Source of the DNA: Candidatus Omnitrophota bacterium
GTDB lineage: Bacteria; Omnitrophota; Gorgyraeia; Zapsychrales; JANLHA01
Direction: 5' to 3'
Length of the DNA stretch: 56,243 nt
Assembly: GCA_038222225.1 (NCBI GenBank)
Contig: JBBRHV010000008.1
Location: 1-56,243 of the forward strand
In this document: positions 16,410-26,900 of the stretch, one piece after another
Position numbering within the stretch: the stretch's first letter is position 1
Layout: every line of letters starts with the position of its first letter
Program-made: the position numbers and the translations under genes
Notes under the pieces: model-generated
What the model saw: the letters and a program-made list of their open reading frames with translations, nothing else
Told to the model about the DNA's origin: nothing
Database searches by the model: none

Positions 16410-17816
16410 TTATGCGCTCCTTGTCCGATAAAACATATTATAAGACGAAAAGGGTATGCGTTTCAAATCCGGCGTGATCATGTGCACGCATTCTTTCTTG
16501 AGCGCGTTCAGATCGCAATTATAGAGATCCACAAAAGAGGTCACGCTCATCCGGAAAGTATTCTCATCCACGTAGCGGATCCGCTCGTCCCGGCTTTTGG
16601 ACATCAGCTCAGAGGGAACGATCGGCAAAAAATCTTTCAGAAACGCCATGCATTGGCAAAGCTGACCGTTTGAAAAAGCGGCTTGCGCTTCGGCTAGGAT
16701 ATCCTCCAGATTAAAGGCAAATGTGTTTTTGATCATCGGCAAGTAATCCCGGATCCTGGCATTGCGCGTCACCGGAACAAATTTTCCGTCCTGTTTGTAA
16801 AAATAGATCACGCTCACCCGTTCGACATTACAGGGAAGCGGGATAAAGTCACTCAACCGGACATCTCCCTGCGTCTGCTTCTCAATGCGCTTCAAAATAC
16901 CGGTCAAGGTCATCGCGCTCTGTCCGTCATAGCGGTTATACTCCGCAAAACGCGCCACCGGCTGAAAATTGACCCCGCGGACGTAAGGCGCTTGCATACC
17001 GAATTCAATGATCCGTCCCAGGTCCCCGTCATTGACACCTTTTTGAATGGTCGGCACCAGCGTGATCGGGATCTGGTATTTGGCAAGCTGCTCCACGGCC
17101 TTCAGTTTGATGTCCTTAAATTCCGGGCTGCGCAGTGTGGAATAGATCGCGTCGGAAAATCCGTCAAACTGCAGATAGACCTCAAAGTGCCCCTTAAACT
17201 GCGCTAAGCCCCGCACGAACTCCTCGTCCTCGGCGATCCGGCGGCCGTTGGTATTGAGCATCACATATTTTGCCTTTTGCCGGGCCAGACGGATAATGTC
17301 AAAAATTTGCGGGTGCAGGGTCGGCTCTCCTCCGCTGATCTGGACGACTTCCGCGCGTCCCCCTTCGGCATCATTGTAAAAATTCAGCATGCGTTCCACA
17401 GTCTGAAGGTCCAGGTCATTCTTTTCACAGTCGGAGTGCGCATAACAAATCGGGCAATGCGTGTTGCAGCGCTGGGTAATTTCAATCACGCCGATACAGG
17501 TATGCTGCCGATGCTGCGGGCACAACCCGCAATCAAACGGGCAACCGAGCGCGTTCTCCATCTGCCGCGAAGAATCCGTGCCCGGCTTATCAAACGAATA
17601 CCGGTCACGATAATACTGCGCGTCCTCTTCCAGAAAATCAAAAAATTCTCCGTGCTCGGCGCAGGACCTTTTTAAAAAGACCTGGCCGTCATCTTCAAAG
17701 ACTTCGGCCGCGATCTGTTTTTTGCACACAGGACAAACCGAATGTGTTTGATTTAAGACATCCAGCTTTTTAAACATAAAACGACTTTGGGATAAGGCAA
17801 GCGATGGTTTCATCAT
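16410..17816 (-). CDS. Radical SAM enzyme, MJ0619 / GDGT-MAS (Tes)-like architecture
   Basis: 468 aa. The N-terminus has CPVC...SCAEHG (rubredoxin-like). This is followed by GCPFDCGLCPQHRQHTC (an auxiliary cluster motif), CNTHCPICY (CX3CX2C) and ISGGEPTLHP. Confidence 0.6.
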   Translation of the reverse strand: MMKPSLALSQSRFMFKKLDVLNQTHSVCPVCKKQIAAEVFEDDGQVFLKRSCAEHGEFFDFLEEDAQYYRDRYSFDKPGTDSSRQMENALGCPFDCGLCPQHRQHTCIGVIEITQRCNTHCPICYAHSDCEKNDLDLQTVERMLNFYNDAEGGRAEVVQISGGEPTLHPQIFDIIRLARQKAKYVMLNTNGRRIAEDEEFVRGLAQFKGHFEVYLQFDGFSDAIYSTLRSPEFKDIKLKAVEQLAKYQIPITLVPTIQKGVNDGDLGRIIEFGMQAPYVRGVNFQPVARFAEYNRYDGQSAMTLTGILKRIEKQTQGDVRLSDFIPLPCNVERVSVIYFYKQDGKFVPVTRNARIRDYLPMIKNTFAFNLEDILAEAQAAFSNGQLCQCMAFLKDFLPIVPSELMSKSRDERIRYVDENTFRMSVTSFVDLYNCDLNALKKECVHMITPDLKRIPFSSYNMFYRTRSA

Positions 17817-17834
17817 GAAATTTTCTACTCCATT

Positions 17835-18212
17835 CTAGAAACGGCTGAACATGAGGAAGCAAAACCCAAACAGCACAAACGGGGCAACGACCCCTGTGAT
17901 CATTCCGGCCAGAATATAACTTTTTCTTATTTTCCAAAGATAAACTCCGACTACAATAATCCATACAACAGAACAACTGCTCAGTACGATGGATCCAGGT
18001 CCGGCGTAATCATAGAAATAAGAAAACAACAATGTTAAAAATCCCCCGAACCACATCCCGTTGCATATCAACAATAAAAGGCCTGTAAAAAAATCCAAAA
18101 CCTTATCTCGCCTCGTTTTTTCTGCTGGCGGAGGATCAATCAAGCGCACACGATCAACAACAGCCACGCTGACCAGAGAAAGAATGGCTAAGAAAATCAA
18201 AAACGGGAACAT
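17835..18212 (-). CDS. Small integral membrane protein, unknown function
   Basis: 125 aa with four hydrophobic segments. I recognised no motif. Confidence 0.5.
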   Translation of the reverse strand: MFPFLIFLAILSLVSVAVVDRVRLIDPPPAEKTRRDKVLDFFTGLLLLICNGMWFGGFLTLLFSYFYDYAGPGSIVLSSCSVVWIIVVGVYLWKIRKSYILAGMITGVVAPFVLFGFCFLMFSRF

Positions 18213-18238
18213 ACGACCTCCTTTTTTTTATAAATATC

Positions 18239-20533
18239 CTACCGATTACACTGTTGATCATCTTTTCCGATCGATAACCGGTTATACAAAAATGAAACAC
18301 CCAAAAAAACACATCCCAGAGCAATGAAGGTGATGATCTTAAAAATAATATTCAGCTGAGCCATATCAACGACGATCAGCCGCAAGATCACCAGTCCAAA
18401 AAAACAGATCCCCGCAATCCGGCAATACGCATCTTTCAGGAAGATCCCTAAAACGGCAAGCACCATCCCGCAGATACCCCACCCTAATGTTGCCCATTGA
18501 TCCGGAAGAACCTGATAGGTTTTTAAGCCGATAAGGACCGCCCCCAACGAGAACAGAACGATCTTTTCAAAATCACCATCCTCTTTATCCACGTCCGACC
18601 ATTTCAATATGGAATATAATACGAAAGCCACCATCATAAAACTCACCGTCAAAATGCCTTCCCGGGCCGAAACCGGCACGAAAAGCTGATGATAAAAAAG
18701 CAGATCCGCCGCCGGAACCGCCATAGCCAGATACCCCTGAAAACGGAATCGCTTCAATTTAAAAACAAAAGATAACAGCCACCAACCGGCGGAAAAAAGA
18801 ACCAGCGCCAATGAAAGGTCCAGTCCCTTAAGGAACGTCGCCATCATAAATCCAAACAAAATGACCGCTGCCAGCGAGAACCCATGATTGATCATATCGA
18901 CCACGCCATACGGATCATCTTCCGGCTGTCTTAGAAAACGATTGATACAAAAACATGCGAACATGGAAATAGCGGCAAATAAATATAATGTCGTCATCGC
19001 CGACCATTGGCACGAGCCCACGTTCCAGATCCAATTTTCATTCAGCGTTCGGATCAGCAGCCATACTAACGAAACCACTGCCACCGCGTCACCCAAAAGA
19101 CGATAGACCTTTTCCTGACTGACCCGGCCGGAAAACAATAATAACGGCGCCTCGGCAAACCAGATCAAAAGCGTGTCTTGCGCCGAGAAGCGCAAGGGGA
19201 TCGCCAGCGTGATCGCCGAGATCCCGATGACCAGATCGCTTAACGCTATTTTTTGAGACTTCAAGCTCCTCATCACAAAGGCCATCATGGCATAAGCGAT
19301 CCCCAATCCCAAGATCCCTTGGAACTGATAGGCTTCAAAAAGATCCATAAAGACCGGAAATCCCATCATCAGATATACGGCTGCAGCCGCGCCATTGATG
19401 CCAAGCGCCACCTTCTCCGTGTCGGGATCCTTCGAGCGCAAGGCGACCATGTGCGAGCCCAGCATGAATACGATCCAATATCCTGTTAAAAATGCCAGAT
19501 TCAGCATATCACCTTCGCGGCCCGACGCCAGATGCGGAGCGACCCAGACATAATGCGCTCCGAATGTCACCACTCCCCCGAGGATCAGCAGCCGGTACCA
19601 GTTAAACCAGTACACAAAAAGCAAAAGAAGCCCAGCCAGAATGATCGTACTCAAAAACGTGAATTCGTTCACATGAATGATCGTGGTGGTCAGATACGCA
19701 AAAAATATGGCCCCGGCCATCACGGACTCTTCTTTATACTGGAGTGCATGACGGATCATGAACCCCGCGATCAAACACAAAAGCCCGATTTCAACGGTGC
19801 TGCTCTGGATCAGCTTCACCGCCGGAAAATGATAGATCGCAAATGTGATAAAATACACCAAGGCCCACCCGCCGATCAAAAGGACCCGGCCATGCTGTTT
19901 CCAGGATTCTTTCTTTTCCAACCGCGCTCCGAACACAAACATCAGCCCGCTCAACCCATACCCGAAAAAGACCTTGGCCACCGCCCCCATATACTGGAAC
20001 GAATAGGTGATCAAAAACCCGATCCCCAACAAAAGGATCCCCATCCCGATCTTATTTAACCAAAACCGTATAAAATCCACATCGCTTTCGGAGGAGACCG
20101 GCGCAAGAACAACCGCCGGCTGAACGAACTTCACGCTCTCCGGCCTCGGCGCCTGTTCAAGGTGAGGCGTAATTTTCGGCAGAGCATCTAAAAATGAATC
20201 GGCTGTAACCGGTGCCGGCGAAACCTGCTGACCGCCGGCTTCCAGATTGCGAATGGCCTCTTCCAGCCTTTGAATGCGCCCTTCCAAAACAACGGATGAA
20301 TACCGGACCGACTGCAATTCTTTTTTGAGGTCCTCCAGCGAACGGATCCCGGCGCCGGCATTACTAGGCTCAATAAAATTTTTGTGTTTATCTTCTGCGA
20401 TCCAAACCGCCAAAAGCGAAAACGGCCCGATGATCACACCCAGCAGAAAATATTGCCATCCTGGCAGCCCCTTAGAATCGGCCCACATAAACGCGATCAC
20501 CGCCGGCACCAACCACCAAAGAATATATGTCAT
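18239..20533 (-). CDS. Large polytopic membrane protein, DUF2339-like
   Basis: 764 aa. It has N-terminal TM segments, a coiled coil (LEDLKKELQSVRYSSVVLEGRIQRLEEAIRNLE) and then about 20 hydrophobic helices. Confidence 0.6.
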   Translation of the reverse strand: MTYILWWLVPAVIAFMWADSKGLPGWQYFLLGVIIGPFSLLAVWIAEDKHKNFIEPSNAGAGIRSLEDLKKELQSVRYSSVVLEGRIQRLEEAIRNLEAGGQQVSPAPVTADSFLDALPKITPHLEQAPRPESVKFVQPAVVLAPVSSESDVDFIRFWLNKIGMGILLLGIGFLITYSFQYMGAVAKVFFGYGLSGLMFVFGARLEKKESWKQHGRVLLIGGWALVYFITFAIYHFPAVKLIQSSTVEIGLLCLIAGFMIRHALQYKEESVMAGAIFFAYLTTTIIHVNEFTFLSTIILAGLLLLFVYWFNWYRLLILGGVVTFGAHYVWVAPHLASGREGDMLNLAFLTGYWIVFMLGSHMVALRSKDPDTEKVALGINGAAAAVYLMMGFPVFMDLFEAYQFQGILGLGIAYAMMAFVMRSLKSQKIALSDLVIGISAITLAIPLRFSAQDTLLIWFAEAPLLLFSGRVSQEKVYRLLGDAVAVVSLVWLLIRTLNENWIWNVGSCQWSAMTTLYLFAAISMFACFCINRFLRQPEDDPYGVVDMINHGFSLAAVILFGFMMATFLKGLDLSLALVLFSAGWWLLSFVFKLKRFRFQGYLAMAVPAADLLFYHQLFVPVSAREGILTVSFMMVAFVLYSILKWSDVDKEDGDFEKIVLFSLGAVLIGLKTYQVLPDQWATLGWGICGMVLAVLGIFLKDAYCRIAGICFFGLVILRLIVVDMAQLNIIFKIITFIALGCVFLGVSFLYNRLSIGKDDQQCNR

Positions 20534-21285
20534 GACCCTTCCTCCTCTTGATGTATTTCTTTGCGTTCTCTCATTTTTTCCCGCATCGACTCAGCAGGAA
20601 TCCCGAACCACACATCGCGCGGTTCAACTTTGGTGTCTTTCAACAAGACCGCGCTGGCCCCGATCATGGCTTTATCGCCGATCTCACAGCCCGGCATAAT
20701 GGTACAGTGTGAACCGAGCGTCACATTTTTTCCGATCTTGACCTTCTTTAATTTCAACCGGCCATGTTCCACCATGTGGCAATCAATGATCGCGCCCCCG
20801 CCGACCACCGTGTTATCCCCAATCTCAAGCAGGCTGGCATCAAAAACATATTTGGAATTGAACTGCACATTTTTGCCCAGCTTTGCGCCTAACAGACGGA
20901 ACAACAGATTAGAAAACGGCGTCAGCAGAATGAAATCAATAAAGGTATATTGAATCATATTATACAGGGAACTCAAAAAGGCCCACTTGATCGCCTCCAA
21001 GGAAAATAATGCGTATGTTCCTTCTTTCAGTTTCAAGCGGAATATAAAACGAAATAAGCCGACAAGCAAGACCAGGGTCAAACCGAACAGGAAATATCCT
21101 AAAGCCAAAACTGTGCCCACTAAAAACAACCGCAACCATAATGGCGCTGCGGCGGTCGATTCCCAGATATGAAACAAAAGAAAGAGTCCCGGCACCATGG
21201 CTGCCCCAAAAAAAACCGCCCCCATCATGTACATAAAGAGCGCAAACAAGATCTGCGCCAATGTGATCCATAACCACTTCATCAT
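20530..21285 (-). CDS. Membrane-anchored hexapeptide-repeat (left-handed beta-helix) acyltransferase
   Basis: 251 aa with N-terminal TM helices. The C-terminal half has GDNTVVGGGAIID...IGKNVTLGSHCTIMPGCEIGDKAMIGASAVL. Its stop overlaps the DUF2339-like gene's start by 4 nt. Confidence 0.7.
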   Translation of the reverse strand: MMKWLWITLAQILFALFMYMMGAVFFGAAMVPGLFLLFHIWESTAAAPLWLRLFLVGTVLALGYFLFGLTLVLLVGLFRFIFRLKLKEGTYALFSLEAIKWAFLSSLYNMIQYTFIDFILLTPFSNLLFRLLGAKLGKNVQFNSKYVFDASLLEIGDNTVVGGGAIIDCHMVEHGRLKLKKVKIGKNVTLGSHCTIMPGCEIGDKAMIGASAVLLKDTKVEPRDVWFGIPAESMREKMRERKEIHQEEEGS

Positions 21286-21294
21286 CGCCCTCCT

Positions 21295-22044
21295 CTAAAA
21301 TGTTTGATCAAGCCAGCTCCGGATTTCTCCCAAAAATTCATTTTTATGTTTGCGCATCAAATATTCTGCGTGCGGCCCGCCCTGGAGGATCTTCAAATGT
21401 TTCTGCGTAGGCGTCTTTTCATAGAGCGTTTGAGCATGCCACGGTTTGATCGTCCAATCCTCATCGCCGTGGATATAACAGACCGGCACCGCTAAACTCC
21501 CCACAATATCCAACGGCTGAACCTTGGGCTGCCAGAACGGGCCCGGCCGGGCGCCTTTTCCTTTGCCCCCGGGGCCAAGATTGAAAATGATATCGTTCTC
21601 AACATCTAGCTCCCACCAACGGAAATCAATTTTGTGAAATTCCGAAGGTCCGCTCACAAAGATCAGATTGTCCATCAGATCCGTTGTTCCGGCCACGATC
21701 ATGCCGATCCCAGCCCCGAACGAGAATCCGATGACCGCGATTTTTTCATAATCCGGCCGGAGATAGCGCAAGACAGCTTCCAGGTCCATCGGCTCTTTGG
21801 AAGCCCAATGAAACAGGCCGCCGCTTTTGCCGTGCCCGCGGAAGTCCATAATCGCGATATCATATTGATCAAGAAGCTTTTGACCCAACTCCTGAAGAAG
21901 TGGCGAGGATTTACTGTTATAAAACCCATGGGCGATCACGATCAGTTTCTTCTGGCCGGCCTTATAATGATCAAATTCGATCTTTAATTTATCTTCTGTC
22001 TGGACTATTCTACTTTCTTTAACGACACCCATGTGAAACTCCAA
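21295..22044 (-). CDS. Alpha/beta hydrolase
   Basis: 249 aa with VIAHGF, a nucleophile elbow GFSFGAG, and HGDEDW...GPHAE. Confidence 0.8.
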   Translation of the reverse strand: MEFHMGVVKESRIVQTEDKLKIEFDHYKAGQKKLIVIAHGFYNSKSSPLLQELGQKLLDQYDIAIMDFRGHGKSGGLFHWASKEPMDLEAVLRYLRPDYEKIAVIGFSFGAGIGMIVAGTTDLMDNLIFVSGPSEFHKIDFRWWELDVENDIIFNLGPGGKGKGARPGPFWQPKVQPLDIVGSLAVPVCYIHGDEDWTIKPWHAQTLYEKTPTQKHLKILQGGPHAEYLMRKHKNEFLGEIRSWLDQTF

Positions 22045-22055
22045 TAATGTTTGCT

Positions 22056-22610
22056 TTATAAATAACTTTCGATCGACTGGTCTCCTAGCATCAAAGACTC
22101 GATAACCATTTCACCGTTCAAGATACGCACGACCATATAGGCATCCCTCTTCTCCCGGGTCGAATGTTTAAGGTACAAAGCTTCTGCCTGCGGCGCCTTT
22201 TTCTCATTCATATAATACCGGTCAACTGGGAAGGTGAAATTAGCTGAACTCTCCCCTTCAAATGGCATATAATTCATAATTCTGGTTTTAAAATAATTCC
22301 CTGCCATTGGCTTATCAGCAACCAATCGTTCAACGTAAGCATACCCATCCTTATCAACATTAATAAGGGCATAACCGATATGTTTGTTCTGCGCAATCTT
22401 TTTGTCATCTTCGCTGGATAATGGAGCTGTGTTTTGTTCGTTTCTGAGCGCCACATATCTTCCACGGAAAATATCATAAGGGTCAACCGGTGCCGTCTTA
22501 AACTTATACACGACTCCCTTATTTAAAATCCGTTCATTGGTCTTCATGAATGAAGCAGGTACCGCTAGTTGGGCCACTATAAGGAGAACTAATGATATTT
22601 TCTTGATCAT
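22056..22610 (-). CDS. GDYXXLXY-domain membrane-anchored protein
   Basis: 184 aa with an N-terminal anchor. DPYDIFRGRYVALRN corresponds to the family motif. It pairs with the upstream DUF2157-like gene through a 4-nt overlap. Confidence 0.6.
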   Translation of the reverse strand: MIKKISLVLLIVAQLAVPASFMKTNERILNKGVVYKFKTAPVDPYDIFRGRYVALRNEQNTAPLSSEDDKKIAQNKHIGYALINVDKDGYAYVERLVADKPMAGNYFKTRIMNYMPFEGESSANFTFPVDRYYMNEKKAPQAEALYLKHSTREKRDAYMVVRILNGEMVIESLMLGDQSIESYL

Positions 22611-23965
22611 TGGACGGCCTCCTGCTTAACTTTCTTAGATAAAAACATATTCGTAAACACAAAGGCTGTTCCGATAATCATAAAAACGATACCCCGTTCC
22701 AGAATTCCCAATGACGAATCTAAAAAGCGTGTTAAAAGAACCAGCCCGGAAATTAAAATGCCGCAATTTGTCAGGTCCAACCGGATTTCGCGAACCCCAA
22801 AATAAATGCACAGGCCCCCCAGAAAAAATAAATAGGAACTGAAAATACCCGCCGATATATCATCGCTTCCCGACCCGCTGGCGATTGAATAACAGAGCAC
22901 GGTGATAATGGGGATAACTCCAAAAGCTGTTTCAAAAATCCTTTTTTGTTTCGCGGCATGCACCAAAAATACAATGGCGGCCACAAACATCCCGGCAACA
23001 ATCACATAATCCATATACCCTGCGGCTGTCTGAAAACCCCACCCGGCGCGGTAATACCGCCAGCCGACGTCTTGCCAAACCCAATTGAAGGTAAACAGAT
23101 AGGACAGCACAACCAGCCCGGCCATTCCATAGTTGCGGAAAGACCTTTGCCAAAATCCGTCGCCGTCATCAAACCATAATTTTCCGGCCAAATATAATGT
23201 CGCAAAAAACGCGCTGTAAACGATCACCCAAAGCCCGGGAACCACCTTTTCCAAAGACACGCCCATTCCCACCGAGAGCGCCACGCAGGTGGCAAACGAA
23301 AGCCATAAACTGCTCATCGAAAACCGGTCCGCTGATAAATGTTTCCAAAAATACGGGACCACCGCCGCGAACAGCGGCCAGAACAATATAGCGTTACCTC
23401 CCAGATTCTGAGCATAGCCCGCCCAACAGGAGATCCCGATCAAATAAGCGACCGCCGCAAGTGTCGAAGACATTATATAAACCAACGGCATCGACAACAA
23501 CATCCAGACCAATAAAAACCGGTCAAATGTCCCGGGAATGTGATAGATTTGGCTGATCAGAGCGATCGCGGCGCCAACCGACAGGATATTAAAAATCGAC
23601 GAACCCTCCCGGATCGCAAAGCTGCTTTTCTCTTTTACAACTGCCCAAGAGACGAGTGCCAGCGAGATCACCAACGGCGCAAAGGCCAAACAGGTTTTTG
23701 TGAACCGCGAAAAATCATCCCATCCAAAGGCAAAAAACAAAATAATGCCTAGCCCGATACAGATCGCTCCAATGACCGCAAAGATCCCCAAGACAATATT
23801 GATACCGCCCTTTGCCGCCAGCTCCTGCCGATAGTAGGCGCGGATTTTCTCTGCGTTGCCGTCGCTTACAAAGCCCATGCCGACAAACTTAGGCAGCTCC
23901 TGGTTCAGCCATTTCACAAATTTTGCTAATTTCATATCGACCTTCCTCCATTGGATCAGACTCAT
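22607..23965 (-). CDS. DUF2157/DUF4401-like polytopic membrane protein
   Basis: 452 aa. The N-terminal soluble segment is LAKFVKWLNQELPKFVGMGFVSDGNAEKIRAYY, followed by about 12 TM helices. Confidence 0.55.
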   Translation of the reverse strand: MSLIQWRKVDMKLAKFVKWLNQELPKFVGMGFVSDGNAEKIRAYYRQELAAKGGINIVLGIFAVIGAICIGLGIILFFAFGWDDFSRFTKTCLAFAPLVISLALVSWAVVKEKSSFAIREGSSIFNILSVGAAIALISQIYHIPGTFDRFLLVWMLLSMPLVYIMSSTLAAVAYLIGISCWAGYAQNLGGNAILFWPLFAAVVPYFWKHLSADRFSMSSLWLSFATCVALSVGMGVSLEKVVPGLWVIVYSAFFATLYLAGKLWFDDGDGFWQRSFRNYGMAGLVVLSYLFTFNWVWQDVGWRYYRAGWGFQTAAGYMDYVIVAGMFVAAIVFLVHAAKQKRIFETAFGVIPIITVLCYSIASGSGSDDISAGIFSSYLFFLGGLCIYFGVREIRLDLTNCGILISGLVLLTRFLDSSLGILERGIVFMIIGTAFVFTNMFLSKKVKQEAVQ

Positions 23966-23988
23966 TTTACAATGAATAACATAATTTT

Positions 23989-26900
23989 TTATTCCCCGCC
24001 GCAGAATTTCTGAGCAAGCTGTTTGACTTGCTTTAAATCCGTCTTGCCGGAACCTAAGAGCGGAATCCCGTCAACTTTAAAAAAGTTCTCTTTCTTCGGG
24101 ATCCAAAGATTCGGCAATCCACGCTCTGCTAACTTTGCGCACAACCCTTCCACATCAATGTCGCCGACATACAACACGGCCAAACGCTCACCCTTTTTTT
24201 CATCCGGAACGGATGTGACCGAGCACCTCGGTTCTGACGTTTCAAGCGCGGACAAAATTTCTTCCTCGATCTTAACATGCGGAACCATTTCTCCGCCGAT
24301 CTTGCTGAAACGGCTTAAACGGTCGGTAATCTTGATAAACCCCTCCTTATCGATTGACGCAATATCTCCCGTCACATACCAGCCGTCTTTGAGAACCTCT
24401 GCTGTCTTTTCCGGATTCTTCAAATACCCCTTCATCACATTGGCACCTTTAATCAATAAAAGCCCTTCTTCATCATAACCCAATAGTTGCCCCGTCTCCA
24501 GATCAACCACTTTGGCCGCGACCCCGGGGATCGGATGTCCGACTTTACCAAACTCATACCCCTTCTGATGAATGCGCCCCTGTTCGCTGATATAATCCGG
24601 AATCCCCATCGAAACAATCGGCGACAACTCCGTGGCCCCGTAACCTTCAAAGAGCGTGATCCCGAACTTGTCAATAAATTCGCGAACCATGGTCTCTTTC
24701 AATTTTTCAGCACCGGCCGCCGCATAACGCAGACTCTTAAACTGTTCTGGTTTGCATTTGCGCATGTAAGCTGAAAAAAACGTCGGTGTTCCGATCAGAA
24801 TGGTTGCTTTATAACGCTCCACCATCTTTCCGACGGTTGCTGCATCCAATGGATTATGATGATAGACAACTGATAAACCCACCCCAACCGGAAAGCACAA
24901 ACACGCGGTAAACCCGAAAGAATGAAAAAACGGCAGAATTCCCATGACCACATCATTACGCTGGATCTGAGCAACTTGATAAAACCCTTCGATATTGGAA
25001 AAAATATTGGAATGCGTAAGCATCACGCCCTTGGGTTCGCCGGTGCTTCCGCTTGAAAAGATCACCGTGGCCAGATCGTGAACACTCGTGCGATTGCCTT
25101 TAACGTAGAACTTCTCGATCATCCATCCGGGAAGCAATAAGGCCCTTAAGAACCAGCGCACCTTTTCACCCTGTTCGATCTGTGCGCTTAAATCCTCCAA
25201 AAAGATCATGCGCTCATCTTCCGGAATATTCAGCTTCTCCAAAAATTTCCGCGATGTGATGATGCGCTTCATCTCGCATTGGCGGATCGCCGAAGCCAGG
25301 CTTTCCTGCGAAGCGGTAAAATTCAAATTGACTGGAATATTGCCGGCCATAAAACAGGCCCCGTTGGCCAGGGATGCCATGCAGCTTGACGGTAAAAGGA
25401 TCCCGGCCATTTCCTTTTGATCAGCGCCTTTCGCAGAAAATAATTTTTGAGACAACAGCAGCGCCATGGCTAACGCTTGGACGTAATTCAATTTTAAACC
25501 AGTGGAGTCCGCCATACAGAATTTCAGCGGGCGTTTCTTGGCTTCATGAATAAAGGCCAAATGCAACGGTTTCTGCTCTTTGCCGCGATGCTCAAAAGCC
25601 TCGGCGGAAAGCTCTTCCACGGCCAATCGCACTTCATGCGAAGCCGCTGTTGCCGGCATGGGCTTTCCAAAGCAAACCGTGACCGGATGCAAAAAATCTT
25701 TCGGCCATTTCCAAAAATATTTCCCCTCATCAAAACTGAAGATGCTTCCCCAGATCGAATCAATATTCACCGGAATGATCGGGGCAGTCACCCCTTTCAT
25801 AATAAATTCAAACCCCCGGCTAAAGGGCAGCATATTTCCAGTCCGCGTGAGCCCTCCTTCGGCAAAAATGCAAACCACATGACCATCTTCCACCGCCCGG
25901 CGGGCTTCCTGCAAAGACGCGGCGATCTTTTTCGGCGAATCCTCCATGGCAACGGGGATCGCCTGCATCACCCGGCACAACGGCCCGAAGACCGGATGCT
26001 CATAAAACCGACGGTGCATCAAAAACCGCACATGCCGTTTGGTGGCGGCCATGATCAAGGCCCAATCCACAAACGAGACATGATTGCAAACAAGCAACGC
26101 CCCTCCGGTTTCCGGCAAATTCTCGACTCCCACGCTGCGGATGCGGTAGAGAGTATGAGAAAAAACCCAATTGAAAAATCTTAAAAACGCATCCGGCAAG
26201 GTCCGTAAAATATACATTGTCCCGAACAGCGAAACAACACCCATGATAAAAAAGACCTGCCGGGCATTGAAGCTCATCGCATCCCCCAGCAGCCACATAA
26301 CGCCGGCCCCCATCAAAACCGCGAAGGCGTTAGAAGCATTCAAGACCGCCAGATATTTCCCGCGTTCCTCTTGCGGGCTGTTCTGCTGAAAGAATGAATT
26401 GAGTGGAACCGTATAGAACCCGGCCGAGAGCCCGAGCACAAAGATCCGCAATAACGCGTCCGAAAACCCCAGCGCCGGAGCTCCCAAAAAGAGTGAAAAG
26501 ACCGTCAACCCGATCGCCCCGACCGGCACGAGGCCAAATTCGATCTTTCCTTCAGATAACCTTCCGGCCAAAAGGCTTCCGATGCCGATACCGAAAGATA
26601 CCGCCACCAAAAATAAACTTGTCTGTAAATCCGATAAAGCCAGAATATTTTTTCCGTAAAGAAGCACGTTGGTCTGAAAGACCGCCCCCAGGAACCAAAA
26701 ATAATTGACGGCCAGCAAGGTCAAAAACATCGCGTTCTTGGATTTGATGCGCTTGAAATACTCCCAAAAATCAGCAACAAAATTCGCTTGAAACGGCCGT
26801 TGTGAAGCAACGACATTTGTCTTTTCAATAAACAGGCTCGACACGGTTCCCAGGACCGCGATGCAGATAAACGCGCCGGCGATCCGCGTGATATCGCCGT

